Part shown: positions 9,620 to 19,231 of the stretch, in pieces
Numbering within the stretch: position 1 is the stretch's first letter
Layout: each line of letters opens with the position of its first letter
NCBI GenBank assembly: GCA_031375195.1
Contig: JANMHO010000082.1
Coordinates: forward strand, 1-33,824
Direction of reading: 5' to 3'
DNA from: Rhodobiaceae bacterium
GTDB taxonomy: Bacteria > Pseudomonadota > Alphaproteobacteria > Rhizobiales > Aestuariivirgaceae
DNA length: 33,824 nucleotides
Position numbers and translations under genes: made by a program
Notes under the pieces: model-generated
Database searches by the model: none
Told to the model about the DNA's origin: nothing
The model's input: only the letters and a program-made list of their open reading frames with translations

Positions 9620-9949
9620 CTAAACGGTAAAGCTGGTTCCGCAGCCGCAAGAAGCCTTGGCGAGTGGGTTCTGCACCTTGAAGGCCTGGCCTATCAAATC
9701 GTCAACAAAATCGACGGTCGATCCTGCCATGTATTCCAGCGAAACCGGGTCAACGAGAACCGTTGCGCCGTCCTTTTCGAAGGCCATGTCGTCATCGGCC
9801 CTCTCGCTCGCCATGGCAAATTCATATTGGAAACCCGAGCATCCGCCGCCGTTAACCGAAATCCGCAGGCCCAGCTTTTGACTTTCGACAGCTGCAATCT
9901 CGCGAATGCGGTTTGCGGCGCGGGCAGTTATGTTTATGGTGCTTTCCAT
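9620..9949 (-). CDS. erpA: Iron-sulfur cluster insertion protein ErpA (HesB/IscA family)
   Basis: GGGCSGFQY and SCGCGTSF. Confidence 0.9.
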   Translation of the reverse strand: MESTINITARAANRIREIAAVESQKLGLRISVNGGGCSGFQYEFAMASERADDDMAFEKDGATVLVDPVSLEYMAGSTVDFVDDLIGQAFKVQNPLAKASCGCGTSFTV

Positions 9950-9997
9950 GGGTATTTATGTCGGTCCTGCGGGGCTGAATGTCAATGGCAGGGCGGA

Positions 9998-11194
9998 ATG
10001 AAGCGTTTGGTTGCAAGTTATTCGGCAAAACCCGAGGAGAGCAGGGGGCGGCTGTTTCCGGAGGCTGAAAGCCCGCCACGCTCGGCTTTCGAGCGCGACC
10101 GGGACCGCGTGATCCACAGTTCGGCCTTTCGCCGCCTCAAGCATAAGACCCAGGTTTTTGTCTATCATGAGGGCGATCATTACAGAACCCGGTTAACACA
10201 TTCCATTGAAGTTGCCCAAATTGCCCGCTCTATTGCGCGGGTGCTTGGGCTTGACGAGGATTTGACGGAAGCGCTGGCGCTTGCGCATGATCTTGGGCAC
10301 ACGCCATTCGGCCATGCGGGTGAACGCGAGCTCGACAAGCTGATGCACCCTTTTGGCGGTTTTGATCACAACGCGCAGTCTCTGCGGATTGTCACCAAAC
10401 TTGAAAGGAAATACGCGAATTTTGATGGACTTAATCTTACTTGGGAGACACTTGAAGGGCTGGTGAAACACAATGGCCCGCTTATCGACTCGCATGGACA
10501 TGGTGTCGGCCACTTAAGGGACAAGGGGCTCCCGCAGGCGGTTATTGAATACAACGAGGCCCATGATCTTCGTATATCAACCTATCCTTCAGTCGAAGCG
10601 CAAGTGGCAGCCATAGCTGATGATATTGCCTACAATGCCCATGACATCGACGATGGCCTTCGCGCCAAGTTATTTGACATTATCGATCTGGGGGATATTC
10701 CGCTCGTAGGCGAAGCGCTTTCCAACGTGCTTAAGCTTCATCCCGGCTTGGAACGGCCCAGAATTGTCCATGAAACGGTTCGCCGGGTGATTTCCGCTAT
10801 GGTTGCAGATGTAACGGCGGAAACACGAAAAAATTGTTCCGGAGCGCACGTCAAATCGAGCGAGGCTGTGCGTTTGCAGGCCAGGGCCATGGCGCAGTTC
10901 AGCCCCCAGATGGCTGAAAACAATCGTGTGCTGCAGAGTTTCCTTTCCACCCGAATGTACCGTCATGAGCGGGTGCTCGAAATCATGGAACGGGCGCGGC
11001 GCGTGGTGCGCGATCTGTTTGACGCCTACATCAATGACGCAGCTTTGTTGCCACCGGATTGGCGCGATGATCAGCACGTGGACGACAAAGGCCACAACGC
11101 CAGACAAGTGTGTGATTTTTTATCAGGCATGACGGACCGATTCGCCTTGGAGCAGCACAAGCGTTTGTTTGACCTCGACCCGCTTTTCCGGTAG
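9998..11194 (+). CDS. dgt: Deoxyguanosinetriphosphate triphosphohydrolase
   Basis: RDRDRVIHSSAFRRLKHKTQV, RTRLTHS, HDLGHTPFGHAGE, ADDIAY, GMTDRFA; ATG 9998 avoids overlap with erpA. Confidence 0.95.
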   Translation: MKRLVASYSAKPEESRGRLFPEAESPPRSAFERDRDRVIHSSAFRRLKHKTQVFVYHEGDHYRTRLTHSIEVAQIARSIARVLGLDEDLTEALALAHDLGHTPFGHAGERELDKLMHPFGGFDHNAQSLRIVTKLERKYANFDGLNLTWETLEGLVKHNGPLIDSHGHGVGHLRDKGLPQAVIEYNEAHDLRISTYPSVEAQVAAIADDIAYNAHDIDDGLRAKLFDIIDLGDIPLVGEALSNVLKLHPGLERPRIVHETVRRVISAMVADVTAETRKNCSGAHVKSSEAVRLQARAMAQFSPQMAENNRVLQSFLSTRMYRHERVLEIMERARRVVRDLFDAYINDAALLPPDWRDDQHVDDKGHNARQVCDFLSGMTDRFALEQHKRLFDLDPLFR

Positions 11195-11234
11195 GCACCA
11201 AAAAACCGCAGATTCAATAGCTTAGAATGTTGAT

Positions 11235-12968
11235 ATGAACCTTTTTGGACACTTTCAAGCGGCTGTCAGAGACGAATTGTCTGCCATGATGTTTGCTGGC
11301 GAACTGCCAGCTGGCCTCGATTTGTCACGCGTCACCGCAGAGCCGCCGCGCGATGCAACGCACGGCGATGTGGCAACCAATGCTGCAATGGTTGTGGCCA
11401 AGCCCGCCGGCATTCTTCCCAAGGTCTTGGCTGAAAATCTTGCAAGGAGATTGGCGAAACAGGCGGATGTGGAGTCTGCTGAGGTCGCTGGACCGGGGTT
11501 CATCAACCTGCGCCTGAAAGAAAATTTTTGGCCCAAAGTATTGGACGCGGTTCTGGCGCGGGGTGACAGCTACGGAAACTCTGATTTAGGCAAGAACAAG
11601 AAGACCAATGTCGAATATGTTTCTGCCAATCCTACTGGCCCATTGCATGTGGGGCATTGTCGTGGAGCCGTGTTTGGCGATGCGCTGGCCGCTCTGCTTG
11701 ACGCCACTGGCCATGATGTAACCAGGGAATATTACATCAACGATGCGGGTGCGCAGGTTGATACGATCGCGCGGTCCGCGTATCTGCGTTATCTCGAAGC
11801 ATTGGGCCAGGACATTGGTGAAATTCCCGCTGGCCTTTATCCCGGTGATTATCTGAAGCCCGTTGGCCAGGCGCTGGCTGACGAGCGTGGTGACAAGCTG
11901 CAGAAGGTCCCGGAGGAAACCTGGCTGCCGCTCGTGCGCACGAAGGCCATGGCGATGATGATGGAGTTGATCCGGAACGATCTCGCAAGTTTGAAGATTC
12001 ATCAGGAAGTTTTTTTCTCGGAGAAGTCGCTGCATGATTCAGGCGAAGTGCGCGATACCGTCGCTGATCTGCGTGCCGCAGGTCATGTCTACGAAGGTCG
12101 CCTGCCTCCGCCCAAGGGGGAGGTGCCGGAGGATTGGGAAGACCGCGAGCAAACCTTGTTTCGCGCCACGGAATTTGGCGATGATATGGACAGGCCACTG
12201 CTGAAATCGGATGGCAGTTACACTTATTTCGCATCTGATGTTGCCTACAGCCGCAACAAGATCAAGCGCGGTTTCAAGGAACTGATCTATGTTCTGGGGG
12301 CTGATCATGGTGGCTACGTGAAGAGGCTTGAAGCGCTAGCTGCTGCGATTGCGGGCAGGGGGCAAATTCACGTTGTTGTAAGGCTTTGCCAGTTGGTGAA
12401 ACTGTTTCGAAATGGCGAGCCGGTTCGGATGTCAAAACGTTCGGGCGAGTTTGTGACGCTTCGCGAAGTTGTCGATGAGGTGGGGCCGGATGTTCTGCGC
12501 TTCATGATGCTCTATCGGAAGAATGAGGCCCCGCTGGATTTTGATTTTGCCAAAGTGACGGAGCATTCAAAAGACAATCCTGTGTTCTATGTTCAATATG
12601 CCCATGCACGAGTTTGTTCTGTGCTGAGAAACGCCGCCCTACAAGGCAGGGCAACAGTTGCCCCAGATTTTTCATTGTTAACTGACGAGGCTGAAAGAAT
12701 TGTCGTGCGCCGAATCGCTGGTTATCCTAAGATGCTGGAAGGTGCCGCGCTGGCCCATGAGCCGCATCGCATCTCCTTTTATTTGTATGAGTTGGCGAGT
12801 GATTTCCATTCGTTGTGGAACAGAGGCAAAGAGTCGCCGCAATTGCGATTTATTGTTGATAATGACATACTCATAACTGACACGCGGCTCGCTTTTTTGA
12901 AGGTGATTCGTTATGTTCTTGCTAATGGTCTTCGAATCCTGGGGGTGACCCCTGTTGAAGAAATGTAA
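11235..12968 (+). CDS. argS: Arginine--tRNA ligase
   Basis: [15 protein letters not shown] (HIGH), [21 protein letters not shown]. Confidence 0.98.
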   Translation: MNLFGHFQAAVRDELSAMMFAGELPAGLDLSRVTAEPPRDATHGDVATNAAMVVAKPAGILPKVLAENLARRLAKQADVESAEVAGPGFINLRLKENFWPKVLDAVLARGDSYGNSDLGKNKKTNVEYVSANPTGPLHVGHCRGAVFGDALAALLDATGHDVTREYYINDAGAQVDTIARSAYLRYLEALGQDIGEIPAGLYPGDYLKPVGQALADERGDKLQKVPEETWLPLVRTKAMAMMMELIRNDLASLKIHQEVFFSEKSLHDSGEVRDTVADLRAAGHVYEGRLPPPKGEVPEDWEDREQTLFRATEFGDDMDRPLLKSDGSYTYFASDVAYSRNKIKRGFKELIYVLGADHGGYVKRLEALAAAIAGRGQIHVVVRLCQLVKLFRNGEPVRMSKRSGEFVTLREVVDEVGPDVLRFMMLYRKNEAPLDFDFAKVTEHSKDNPVFYVQYAHARVCSVLRNAALQGRATVAPDFSLLTDEAERIVVRRIAGYPKMLEGAALAHEPHRISFYLYELASDFHSLWNRGKESPQLRFIVDNDILITDTRLAFLKVIRYVLANGLRILGVTPVEEM

Positions 12969-12986
12969 CAGCGGAAAATACTGTTT

Positions 12987-15239
12987 ATGGATCAAAGCTC
13001 CTCAAACGACACGGACAAACGGAATTGGCGGGAACGCTTGGGCATAGGCAACCGGGAGTTGCCTCGTATTTCGGGGGAGTTCTCTAGGGCAAAAGAGGCC
13101 ACATTGGTTGAAGTTGTGCCTGAGGAACGCAGTGCCCAACCTGTTGCTGTCGCCAAGCCAGCGCCAATGGCGCCTCGCGTGCCGCCGAAAGCTGAAGGCC
13201 CGGCCCCGACAACGGCGGAAAGGCAAATGCCTGCCCACAATTCACGACCGATTCAGGCATCAATGCCGCAGTCGCAGGATGCCCTGGCGGACAAGCTGCG
13301 GAGCCAGCGTGCCGCGGTCGAAAAACTGGCAGAGCAACGGGTTACTTCTGCTCGCGAGAGGGCTGATAGTCCGGCCCCGGCGCCGGCAAAGCCTGTAGCT
13401 TCTCCTGGTGGAGAAAAACCAAAATTTACATTTGCCGAGGATGAGGCCAAGCCGGACTATATCCGCAATTTGCAAGTTGCGCCCCCTGCCAGGCCACAAC
13501 AGAAGCCTGTTCCGCAGTCACAGCTTTCACCGCCACGTCCGGCACTTGGCGGCGAACGAATACTTGGTGCCCCCCAACGCCAGGCTGGCCCGCCACCTTT
13601 GGGTTACCAGCCGCAATTCAGGCCGCAACCTTCTCAAGGCTACCGCCCAATAGAAGGCACCAATGGTTCGAGACAGCCATCGATGCCGCCAATGCAGCGG
13701 CGACCTGGAGCGGGCCCAATGGGGCAAACTGTTGCCAATGAACCCCGGTTGCCGACACCCCGCCAGAACCCGCCGCCATATTCAAGACCGGCACAGGACG
13801 ATTTCGGCTACGCACGGCCCGTTTATGAACCACCTCAGCGTCCGGCTCCGCGCCAGGAGCCGGTGCGGATGAGACCACAGGTTTTCGATGATGACTTTGT
13901 TGACGATATTTTTGAAGATGCTCCGTTGCCAAAGGTCAACCGTCGCGCCAGTGCCACGGACTACAACCAGGCTTACCGTGAATCAGAAGGTGCCTACGGA
14001 GAAGAGCGTCGACGCTCATCGGCACCACTGATTATTTTGTCGGTGCTGGTTATTTCCATTCTCGCCGGCGCTGCCACGGTTTGGTACGTCAACAGCAATT
14101 CCAAAGGTGTGGCTGCTGTAGTTTCAACTGAATCAGCTCCGGTGGTTGCGGCGCCTGAACAGGCGGCAAAGGTTGCGCCTGAGCAGCCTGTCAAGGCGGG
14201 GTTGCCTGAGCAGGGTCGCGCAGACCCGTCGAAGAAGGAAATTTACGACCGCATCATCGGTGATCGGGAAGTGCCTAGCGGAAAAGTTGTGCCAACAGAG
14301 GAAGTTCCCGTTCAGTTGGACAGTGGGCAGGCTCCAGAACCGACTGGCCAAACTATTCAGCCGTCCACCGACGAAGCCGTCGTAGACGAGGCGTTGCCAT
14401 TGCCCATGCCGCCGCCGCCTGGTTCAACGAATGATATACAAGGGGCAATGCCTGCTTCTGCCGCAAAACAAACCGTTGCATTGGCTGCTCCCCCCGTTGA
14501 TGAAGAGATACCAGTGGTGGAAGAGCCAGAAACCATTACGACTGATGTGACGGCGAATTCAGAGCAGGCCACGCCGCCGACACCAGCAGTGCCTGCTGTA
14601 GAAGAAATTGCTATTGCTGATCCCGTTCCCGTTCAGAAAAAAACGACTTCAAAGTCTGCTGAGAAACCCAAGGCAAAGACAGAGCAGGTTGCTGCACTGG
14701 GGGCTGAGCCCGTTGTTCTTGTTCCTCCATCTGATTCATTTGTTCCCGCTGAGAATGCCAGCGCTCCGGTTGTTCAGCAGCAACCCGTTGTAGCGCAACC
14801 TGCACCTGTCGTGAAAAAGAAGAAGACATTATTGGATTTGTTGAACGGCACGAAGGATGACACGGCTGCAGCAGATACATCTGCCTCAACGCCTGCTGCG
14901 CCTAAACAGGAGGTTGCTGCAGTGGCTGAGACAGCGCCAAAGCCGGTGCCCCAGAAATCCGTTGAACCTGTTCAAGTTGCCAGCGCGGCAACCGGATTTT
15001 ATGTACAGCTTGCGTCTTTCCGGTCTGAAGCGGAAGCCAAGACTGAGTATGGCCGCATCAAGGCCAAGTATGGCGCAGTCATCGGCAATCTTCCACCAGT
15101 TATAAATCCGGCCAGTGTTGGCGGAAGTACGCGTTACCGCTTGGCCGTCGGTCCAGTGCCGACATTTGAAAAGGCGGATAGTGTCTGCAAATCCTTGCGC
15201 GCCGCTGGCGTGCGCGATTGCCTCGTACCGCGCCAATAG
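12987..15239 (+). CDS. Bitopic SPOR-domain protein (FtsN-like by architecture and position)
   Basis: Pro/Gln-rich N-terminus, one TM helix (LIILSVLVISILAGAATVWYV), C-terminal FYVQLASFRSEAEA...YRLAVGP...C..L....DC; lies between argS and nagZ. Confidence 0.82.
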   Translation: MDQSSSNDTDKRNWRERLGIGNRELPRISGEFSRAKEATLVEVVPEERSAQPVAVAKPAPMAPRVPPKAEGPAPTTAERQMPAHNSRPIQASMPQSQDALADKLRSQRAAVEKLAEQRVTSARERADSPAPAPAKPVASPGGEKPKFTFAEDEAKPDYIRNLQVAPPARPQQKPVPQSQLSPPRPALGGERILGAPQRQAGPPPLGYQPQFRPQPSQGYRPIEGTNGSRQPSMPPMQRRPGAGPMGQTVANEPRLPTPRQNPPPYSRPAQDDFGYARPVYEPPQRPAPRQEPVRMRPQVFDDDFVDDIFEDAPLPKVNRRASATDYNQAYRESEGAYGEERRRSSAPLIILSVLVISILAGAATVWYVNSNSKGVAAVVSTESAPVVAAPEQAAKVAPEQPVKAGLPEQGRADPSKKEIYDRIIGDREVPSGKVVPTEEVPVQLDSGQAPEPTGQTIQPSTDEAVVDEALPLPMPPPPGSTNDIQGAMPASAAKQTVALAAPPVDEEIPVVEEPETITTDVTANSEQATPPTPAVPAVEEIAIADPVPVQKKTTSKSAEKPKAKTEQVAALGAEPVVLVPPSDSFVPAENASAPVVQQQPVVAQPAPVVKKKKTLLDLLNGTKDDTAAADTSASTPAAPKQEVAAVAETAPKPVPQKSVEPVQVASAATGFYVQLASFRSEAEAKTEYGRIKAKYGAVIGNLPPVINPASVGGSTRYRLAVGPVPTFEKADSVCKSLRAAGVRDCLVPRQ

Positions 15240-15241
15240 AC

Positions 15242-16258
15242 ATGAAAATTCGCAGTTTTATCAGCGGGTGTGAAAGCACAGTGCTGACACTTGATGAAGC
15301 TGTTTTCTTTCGTGAAAACAATCCGTGGGGCCTCATTCTGTTCAAGCGTAACTGCGAGTCGCCCACCCAGTTGAAAACACTGACGAGCGCATTTCGCGAG
15401 GCCGTTGGGCGCAAAGATGCGCCGGTGTTTGTCGATCAGGAAGGCGGTCGGGTTCAGCGTTTGGGCCCACCTTCCAATTACTGGAAAAAATATCCTTCTG
15501 GTCGCGCCTACGGTGATCTTTATGCGGCAAATCCATTGGCTGCTTTGCGATCGGCGCGTCACATTGGCCGGCTCATGGCTGAAGAGCTGACTGAAGCCGG
15601 AATCACTGCGAACTGCATTCCCGTGCTGGACGTGCCCCGACCCGGTGCTCATGATGTGATTGGCAACCGGGCGTACAGCATGAACATTGAGCACGTTATG
15701 GCTCTGGCGCGGGCGCATGCGGCGGGTTTTATGGATGGCGGCGTGCTTCCCGTCGTCAAGCATATTCCTGGCCATGGTCGGGCTGAGGTGGACAGCCATC
15801 ACGACTTGCCGGTTGTTAAAGCAACGCGCGATGAGCTGGAGAAAACAGATTTTCCGCCTTTTGCTGCTTTCGCGGATGCGCCAATGGCGATGACAGCGCA
15901 TGTTGTTTATACGGCACTCGATAAATCCTATCCGGCCACTCTTTCCAAAAAAATCATCAAAACAATCATCCGGCAAAGCATAGGTTTTCGGGGGCTTCTG
16001 ATGACGGATGATTTGTCCATGAAAGCCTTGTCGGGAACTTTGCCGGAGAAGTGCGCAAGTGCGCTTGCCGCTGGCTGCGATATGCTGCTGCACTGCAATG
16101 GCCGGCTTGAGGAAATGAGAGAAGTTGCTGGCGCTGCTGGTGAACTGAAGGGCAAGGCGCTCCGTCGGGCGAAGGCGGCGCTCAAGTCGGCGCGCAAACC
16201 GCAACCGTTTGACAGGCCAGCCGCACTCCGGGATCTGGAGCAGGTCGTTTCGGCTTGA
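15242..16258 (+). CDS. nagZ: Beta-N-acetylhexosaminidase (GH3)
   Basis: VDQEGGRVQRL, KHIPGHG...DSH, MTAHV, TDDLSM. Confidence 0.95.
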   Translation: MKIRSFISGCESTVLTLDEAVFFRENNPWGLILFKRNCESPTQLKTLTSAFREAVGRKDAPVFVDQEGGRVQRLGPPSNYWKKYPSGRAYGDLYAANPLAALRSARHIGRLMAEELTEAGITANCIPVLDVPRPGAHDVIGNRAYSMNIEHVMALARAHAAGFMDGGVLPVVKHIPGHGRAEVDSHHDLPVVKATRDELEKTDFPPFAAFADAPMAMTAHVVYTALDKSYPATLSKKIIKTIIRQSIGFRGLLMTDDLSMKALSGTLPEKCASALAAGCDMLLHCNGRLEEMREVAGAAGELKGKALRRAKAALKSARKPQPFDRPAALRDLEQVVSA

Positions 16259-16343
16259 ATGTGGGGATAAACTAAGGTCGATCAAGCGAATCAGTGACGC
16301 GTTTGAGAAACTGACACTCATTATTTTTGGAGCTTCTAATCCC

Positions 16344-17156
16344 GTGGCTGATGTGACTGAAATCAAGGTGCCAGAACCTTGGCCGGATGGTGAGGGGCCA
16401 GTTCGCAAGGATTCTGCGCTACCAACCGGCGAGACGCTCATTGTTGATGTGGGAGGGTTTGAAGGTCCGCTGGACTTGCTGCTTGAATTGGCGCGCCATC
16501 ACAAGGTTGATCTGGCGCAGATATCTATTCTGGCTCTGGCAGAACAATATCTGGCCTACATCGACAACGCCCGTAAAATGCGGCTTGAGGTGGCGGCTGA
16601 TTATCTGGTGATGGCCGCCTGGCTTGCCTATCTCAAGTCGCGCCTGCTTATTCCCCAGCCGCCAGGCTCTGAGGAAACACCGCCGGAAGATTTGGCAGCG
16701 CGTTTGGCCTTCAGGCTGCGGCGCCTGCAAGCGATGCGTGATGCTGCGGCAAGATTGATGTCGCGCAATTTGCATGGGCGGGATGTATTCGGCAGGGGCA
16801 ATCCGGAGCCACTGGTGGTTGAAGTCCAGCGTGAATATGCTGATAATCTCATTGATTTGCTGAAAGCCTATGCAGAACGCCGCCAGCGCAAAGCCCGCCA
16901 TCAGAACTATACGCTGAAAAGGCACTCTACGTGGTCAATTAAGGAGGCGCGCGAGGCTTTGGAGCGGTTGGTAGGCACCATGCGTGACTGGGGTGAATTT
17001 GACACCTGGATTGCCGAATATCTAGCACCACCTGAAATGCGCCGCTCCATGAGGGCCTCAAGCTTTACCGCCAGCCTGGAACTGGTTCGCGAAGGATTGA
17101 TCGAACTTAGGCAGGAAGATGCGTTCCGGCCAATTTTCATGCGCAAACGGGCATAA
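16344..17156 (+). CDS. scpA: Segregation and condensation protein A
   Basis: FEGPLDLLL, AADYLVMAAWLAYLKSRLL, FTASLELVREG..ELRQ..F.PI; GTG start inferred. Confidence 0.93.
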   Translation: MADVTEIKVPEPWPDGEGPVRKDSALPTGETLIVDVGGFEGPLDLLLELARHHKVDLAQISILALAEQYLAYIDNARKMRLEVAADYLVMAAWLAYLKSRLLIPQPPGSEETPPEDLAARLAFRLRRLQAMRDAAARLMSRNLHGRDVFGRGNPEPLVVEVQREYADNLIDLLKAYAERRQRKARHQNYTLKRHSTWSIKEAREALERLVGTMRDWGEFDTWIAEYLAPPEMRRSMRASSFTASLELVREGLIELRQEDAFRPIFMRKRA

Positions 17157-17175
17157 TGTTTTCGAGGGATAGATC

Positions 17176-17940
17176 ATGGTACAAGTAAACATGAGCATTG
17201 GCACCAATGACGACCTGGTAATGGAAGCAGCGGGCGAATCCGATGCCGTTGTCCACATTCACCCCCGTGCCGACAGAAGCCAGCATTTGCGCATCGTTGA
17301 GGCCATCCTGTTTGCGGCAGAAGCGCCTGTGGCGATTGAGAAGATACAGAGCTTTTTTCCCGAGGGTACGGACGTATTGGCCCTGTTGACCGATCTGCAG
17401 CAAAACTACGCGAATCGCGGTGTCAATCTGGTCCAGGTTGCCGGGTTGTGGACCATTCGAACGGCAGAGGATTTGAGTTTTGTGCTGCGTCGTGAAACCT
17501 ATGAACAGAAGCGCCTGTCGAAAGCAGCACTGGAAACTTTGGCAATTGTTGCCTATCACCAGCCGGTGACCCGTGCCGATATCGAGGATATTCGTGGTGT
17601 TGCGATTTCCAAGGGTACATTAGACATCCTGATGGAAATTGGCTGGGTGCGCATGCGTGGCCGCAGGCGCTCACCGGGACGGCCTGTTACATATGGTACA
17701 ACTGACACATTTCTGAGCCATTTTGGCCTTAATGAACTCATAGACCTGCCCGGACTTCATGAACTTAAGGGAGCCGGGCTACTGGATGCGAATCTACCGC
17801 CAGATTTTGAAATGCCGCTGCCAAGGAGTGGTGACGAACTTGCCGCGGACGAAGAGCCATTAGATGGCGACGAACAGCTGCCGCTTGAAATGCACCTGCC
17901 AGAGCCACTCGAAGATACGGAAGAAAATCCTTCCGGCTGA
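17176..17940 (+). CDS. scpB: Segregation and condensation protein B
   Basis: VEAILFAA, LSKAALETLAIVAYHQPVTRADIEDIRGV, PGRPVTYGTT..FL.HFGL..L.DLP; start uncertain. Confidence 0.95.
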   Translation: MVQVNMSIGTNDDLVMEAAGESDAVVHIHPRADRSQHLRIVEAILFAAEAPVAIEKIQSFFPEGTDVLALLTDLQQNYANRGVNLVQVAGLWTIRTAEDLSFVLRRETYEQKRLSKAALETLAIVAYHQPVTRADIEDIRGVAISKGTLDILMEIGWVRMRGRRRSPGRPVTYGTTDTFLSHFGLNELIDLPGLHELKGAGLLDANLPPDFEMPLPRSGDELAADEEPLDGDEQLPLEMHLPEPLEDTEENPSG

Positions 17941-17986
17941 CCGTTCATTTACCTTAACGCTTCATCCTGATCCATGAAAACTCAGC

Positions 17987-18002
17987 GTTTACCATAGGTT
18001 AA
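17987..18002. promoter_or_regulatory. CtrA-box-like site
   Basis: Reverse strand TTAA-CCTATGG-TAAAC vs consensus TTAA-N7-TTAAC (1 mismatch); further half-site-like words nearby. Confidence 0.5.
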
Positions 18003-18071
18003 ACTAGGGAAATGGTGAAAATTCGTGTAAAGATTTAATTGAAATCAGGGCCATTCAGACATATCTCTCCA

Positions 18072-18260
18072 AATAACTGGACGGCCAAATAAATGGGGTG
18101 GCAAGATCTGCACATTCTTGCAGCCCCGGTAAGACCTAGAGACATTACTTTCCCCGCGGGTCAGGTAAACCGCATCACCTGGAACGAGGGGTAAAAGGCC
18201 GGTCCGGGACGGTTTTGAGTGGCCTCCTCGATCCGAGTAAACCCGGGCCGGTACCTACAT
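18072..18260 (+). ncRNA. Candidate three-hairpin sRNA, possibly EcpR1 (SmelC291)-like; ends approximate
   Basis: Hairpins 18095-18127, 18145-18194 (loop AAACCGCATC), 18198-18252; G-U pairs favour + strand; TTGAAA at 18039 upstream; adjacent to rpmG. Confidence 0.6.
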
Positions 18261-18275
18261 TCACAAAAGGCCCGG

Positions 18276-18311
18276 AATCAAAAAGGCACCACATGAGCAG
18301 TGCCTATGATT
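18276..18311 (-). terminator. Rho-independent terminator of rpmG
   Basis: Minus strand AGGCAC-N10-GTGCCT followed by TTTT, just downstream of the rpmG stop. Confidence 0.65.
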
Positions 18312-18326
18312 GAGCAAAATCCCAAA

Positions 18327-18494
18327 TTACTTGATCTTGGTTTCCTTAAATTCCACATGCTTGCGCGCGACGGGATCGTATTTCTTGAACGAAAACTTCT
18401 CGGTCTTGGTGCGCGAATTCTTCTTGGTTACATAGAAATAACCGGTGTCGGCGGTCGATGCCAACTTGATCTTGATAACATTGCCTTTGGCCAT
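18327..18494 (-). CDS. rpmG: 50S ribosomal protein L33 (cysteine-free form)
   Basis: Manual translation [55 protein letters not shown]; GGAGA RBS; not in ORF track. Confidence 0.97.
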   Translation of the reverse strand: MAKGNVIKIKLASTADTGYFYVTKKNSRTKTEKFSFKKYDPVARKHVEFKETKIK

Positions 18495-18547
18495 AACAGT
18501 CTCCGAACGGGATTTAGAGGCGGATAGACCCTATCCCGCAGTCAAAG

Positions 18548-19231
18548 TCAAGTTTTGGCAAGAGATAGCATTTCCACAGCCCAGGTGCTGGCAATGTTGT
18601 GATGGAACGAAACCGGGCAATCCACAGGGGGCAGGCAATTTCGCTCGATATGGGGTTGAAGAAGCCCCAATATATCGCGTGTAATCGAGGGCAGGTTGAG
18701 ATCCAAAGCCTCCGCCAATGTCACCCAACTCAACTTCAAGAGCTCTGCTTCATCCAGTGGGTGTGGATTGTCCAAGTTTGTGATGTGAGTTGCATTGGCT
18801 ACGAAAAAGCGTGAATCAAACCTGCGGCTGCGTCCTGGTGGCGTAATGGCCCGCCCGAAATAGATGAGGCAGGAAAGGTCTGGTGGCGCATTGGTGTCGC
18901 TGCGGCCTACCAGCAGACCGGTTTCCTCGTAGGTTTCCCGAACGGCCGCAACAAGCAATCCGGCAGCACGAGAGGAGGTGGGCCTCGCTCTCATCCGCAA
19001 TTTAAGTTTTTCAATTGTGATTGGATCAAGCTTGTGCCCGAAAGCTTTGCGGCAATCGGCCGCTTCAAGGCGACCGCCGGGGAAGACATATTTGTTTGGC
19101 ATGAAGATATGGGAATTGTGGCGTTGTCCCATCAAGATGCGGGGCGTTTCGCCATCGAATCGCACGAGGATGAGTGTGGATGCGTCTCTAGGGCCGGTTT
19201 TCTTTGCTTGCGTGTTCAAAGCCAAATCCAT
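18548..19231 (-). CDS. NUDIX hydrolase
   Basis: PRDASTLIL, YVFPGGRLEAAD...AAVRETYEETGL (split Nudix box), RAITPPG..RRFDSRFF. Confidence 0.88.
   Translation of the reverse strand: MDLALNTQAKKTGPRDASTLILVRFDGETPRILMGQRHNSHIFMPNKYVFPGGRLEAADCRKAFGHKLDPITIEKLKLRMRARPTSSRAAGLLVAAVRETYEETGLLVGRSDTNAPPDLSCLIYFGRAITPPGRSRRFDSRFFVANATHITNLDNPHPLDEAELLKLSWVTLAEALDLNLPSITRDILGLLQPHIERNCLPPVDCPVSFHHNIASTWAVEMLSLAKT

Noticed and set aside
9596-9997. 134-aa N-terminal extension of dgt in the ORF track
   Set aside because: Overlaps erpA on the opposite strand; family similarity starts at ATG 9998
15134-16441. 435-aa minus-strand ORF
   Set aside because: Antisense shadow of nagZ; no recognisable motif
18093-18194. 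33-codon plus-strand ORF (MGWQDLHILAAP...) in the scpB-rpmG gap
   Set aside because: No SD and it coincides with stable hairpins; sRNA reading preferred
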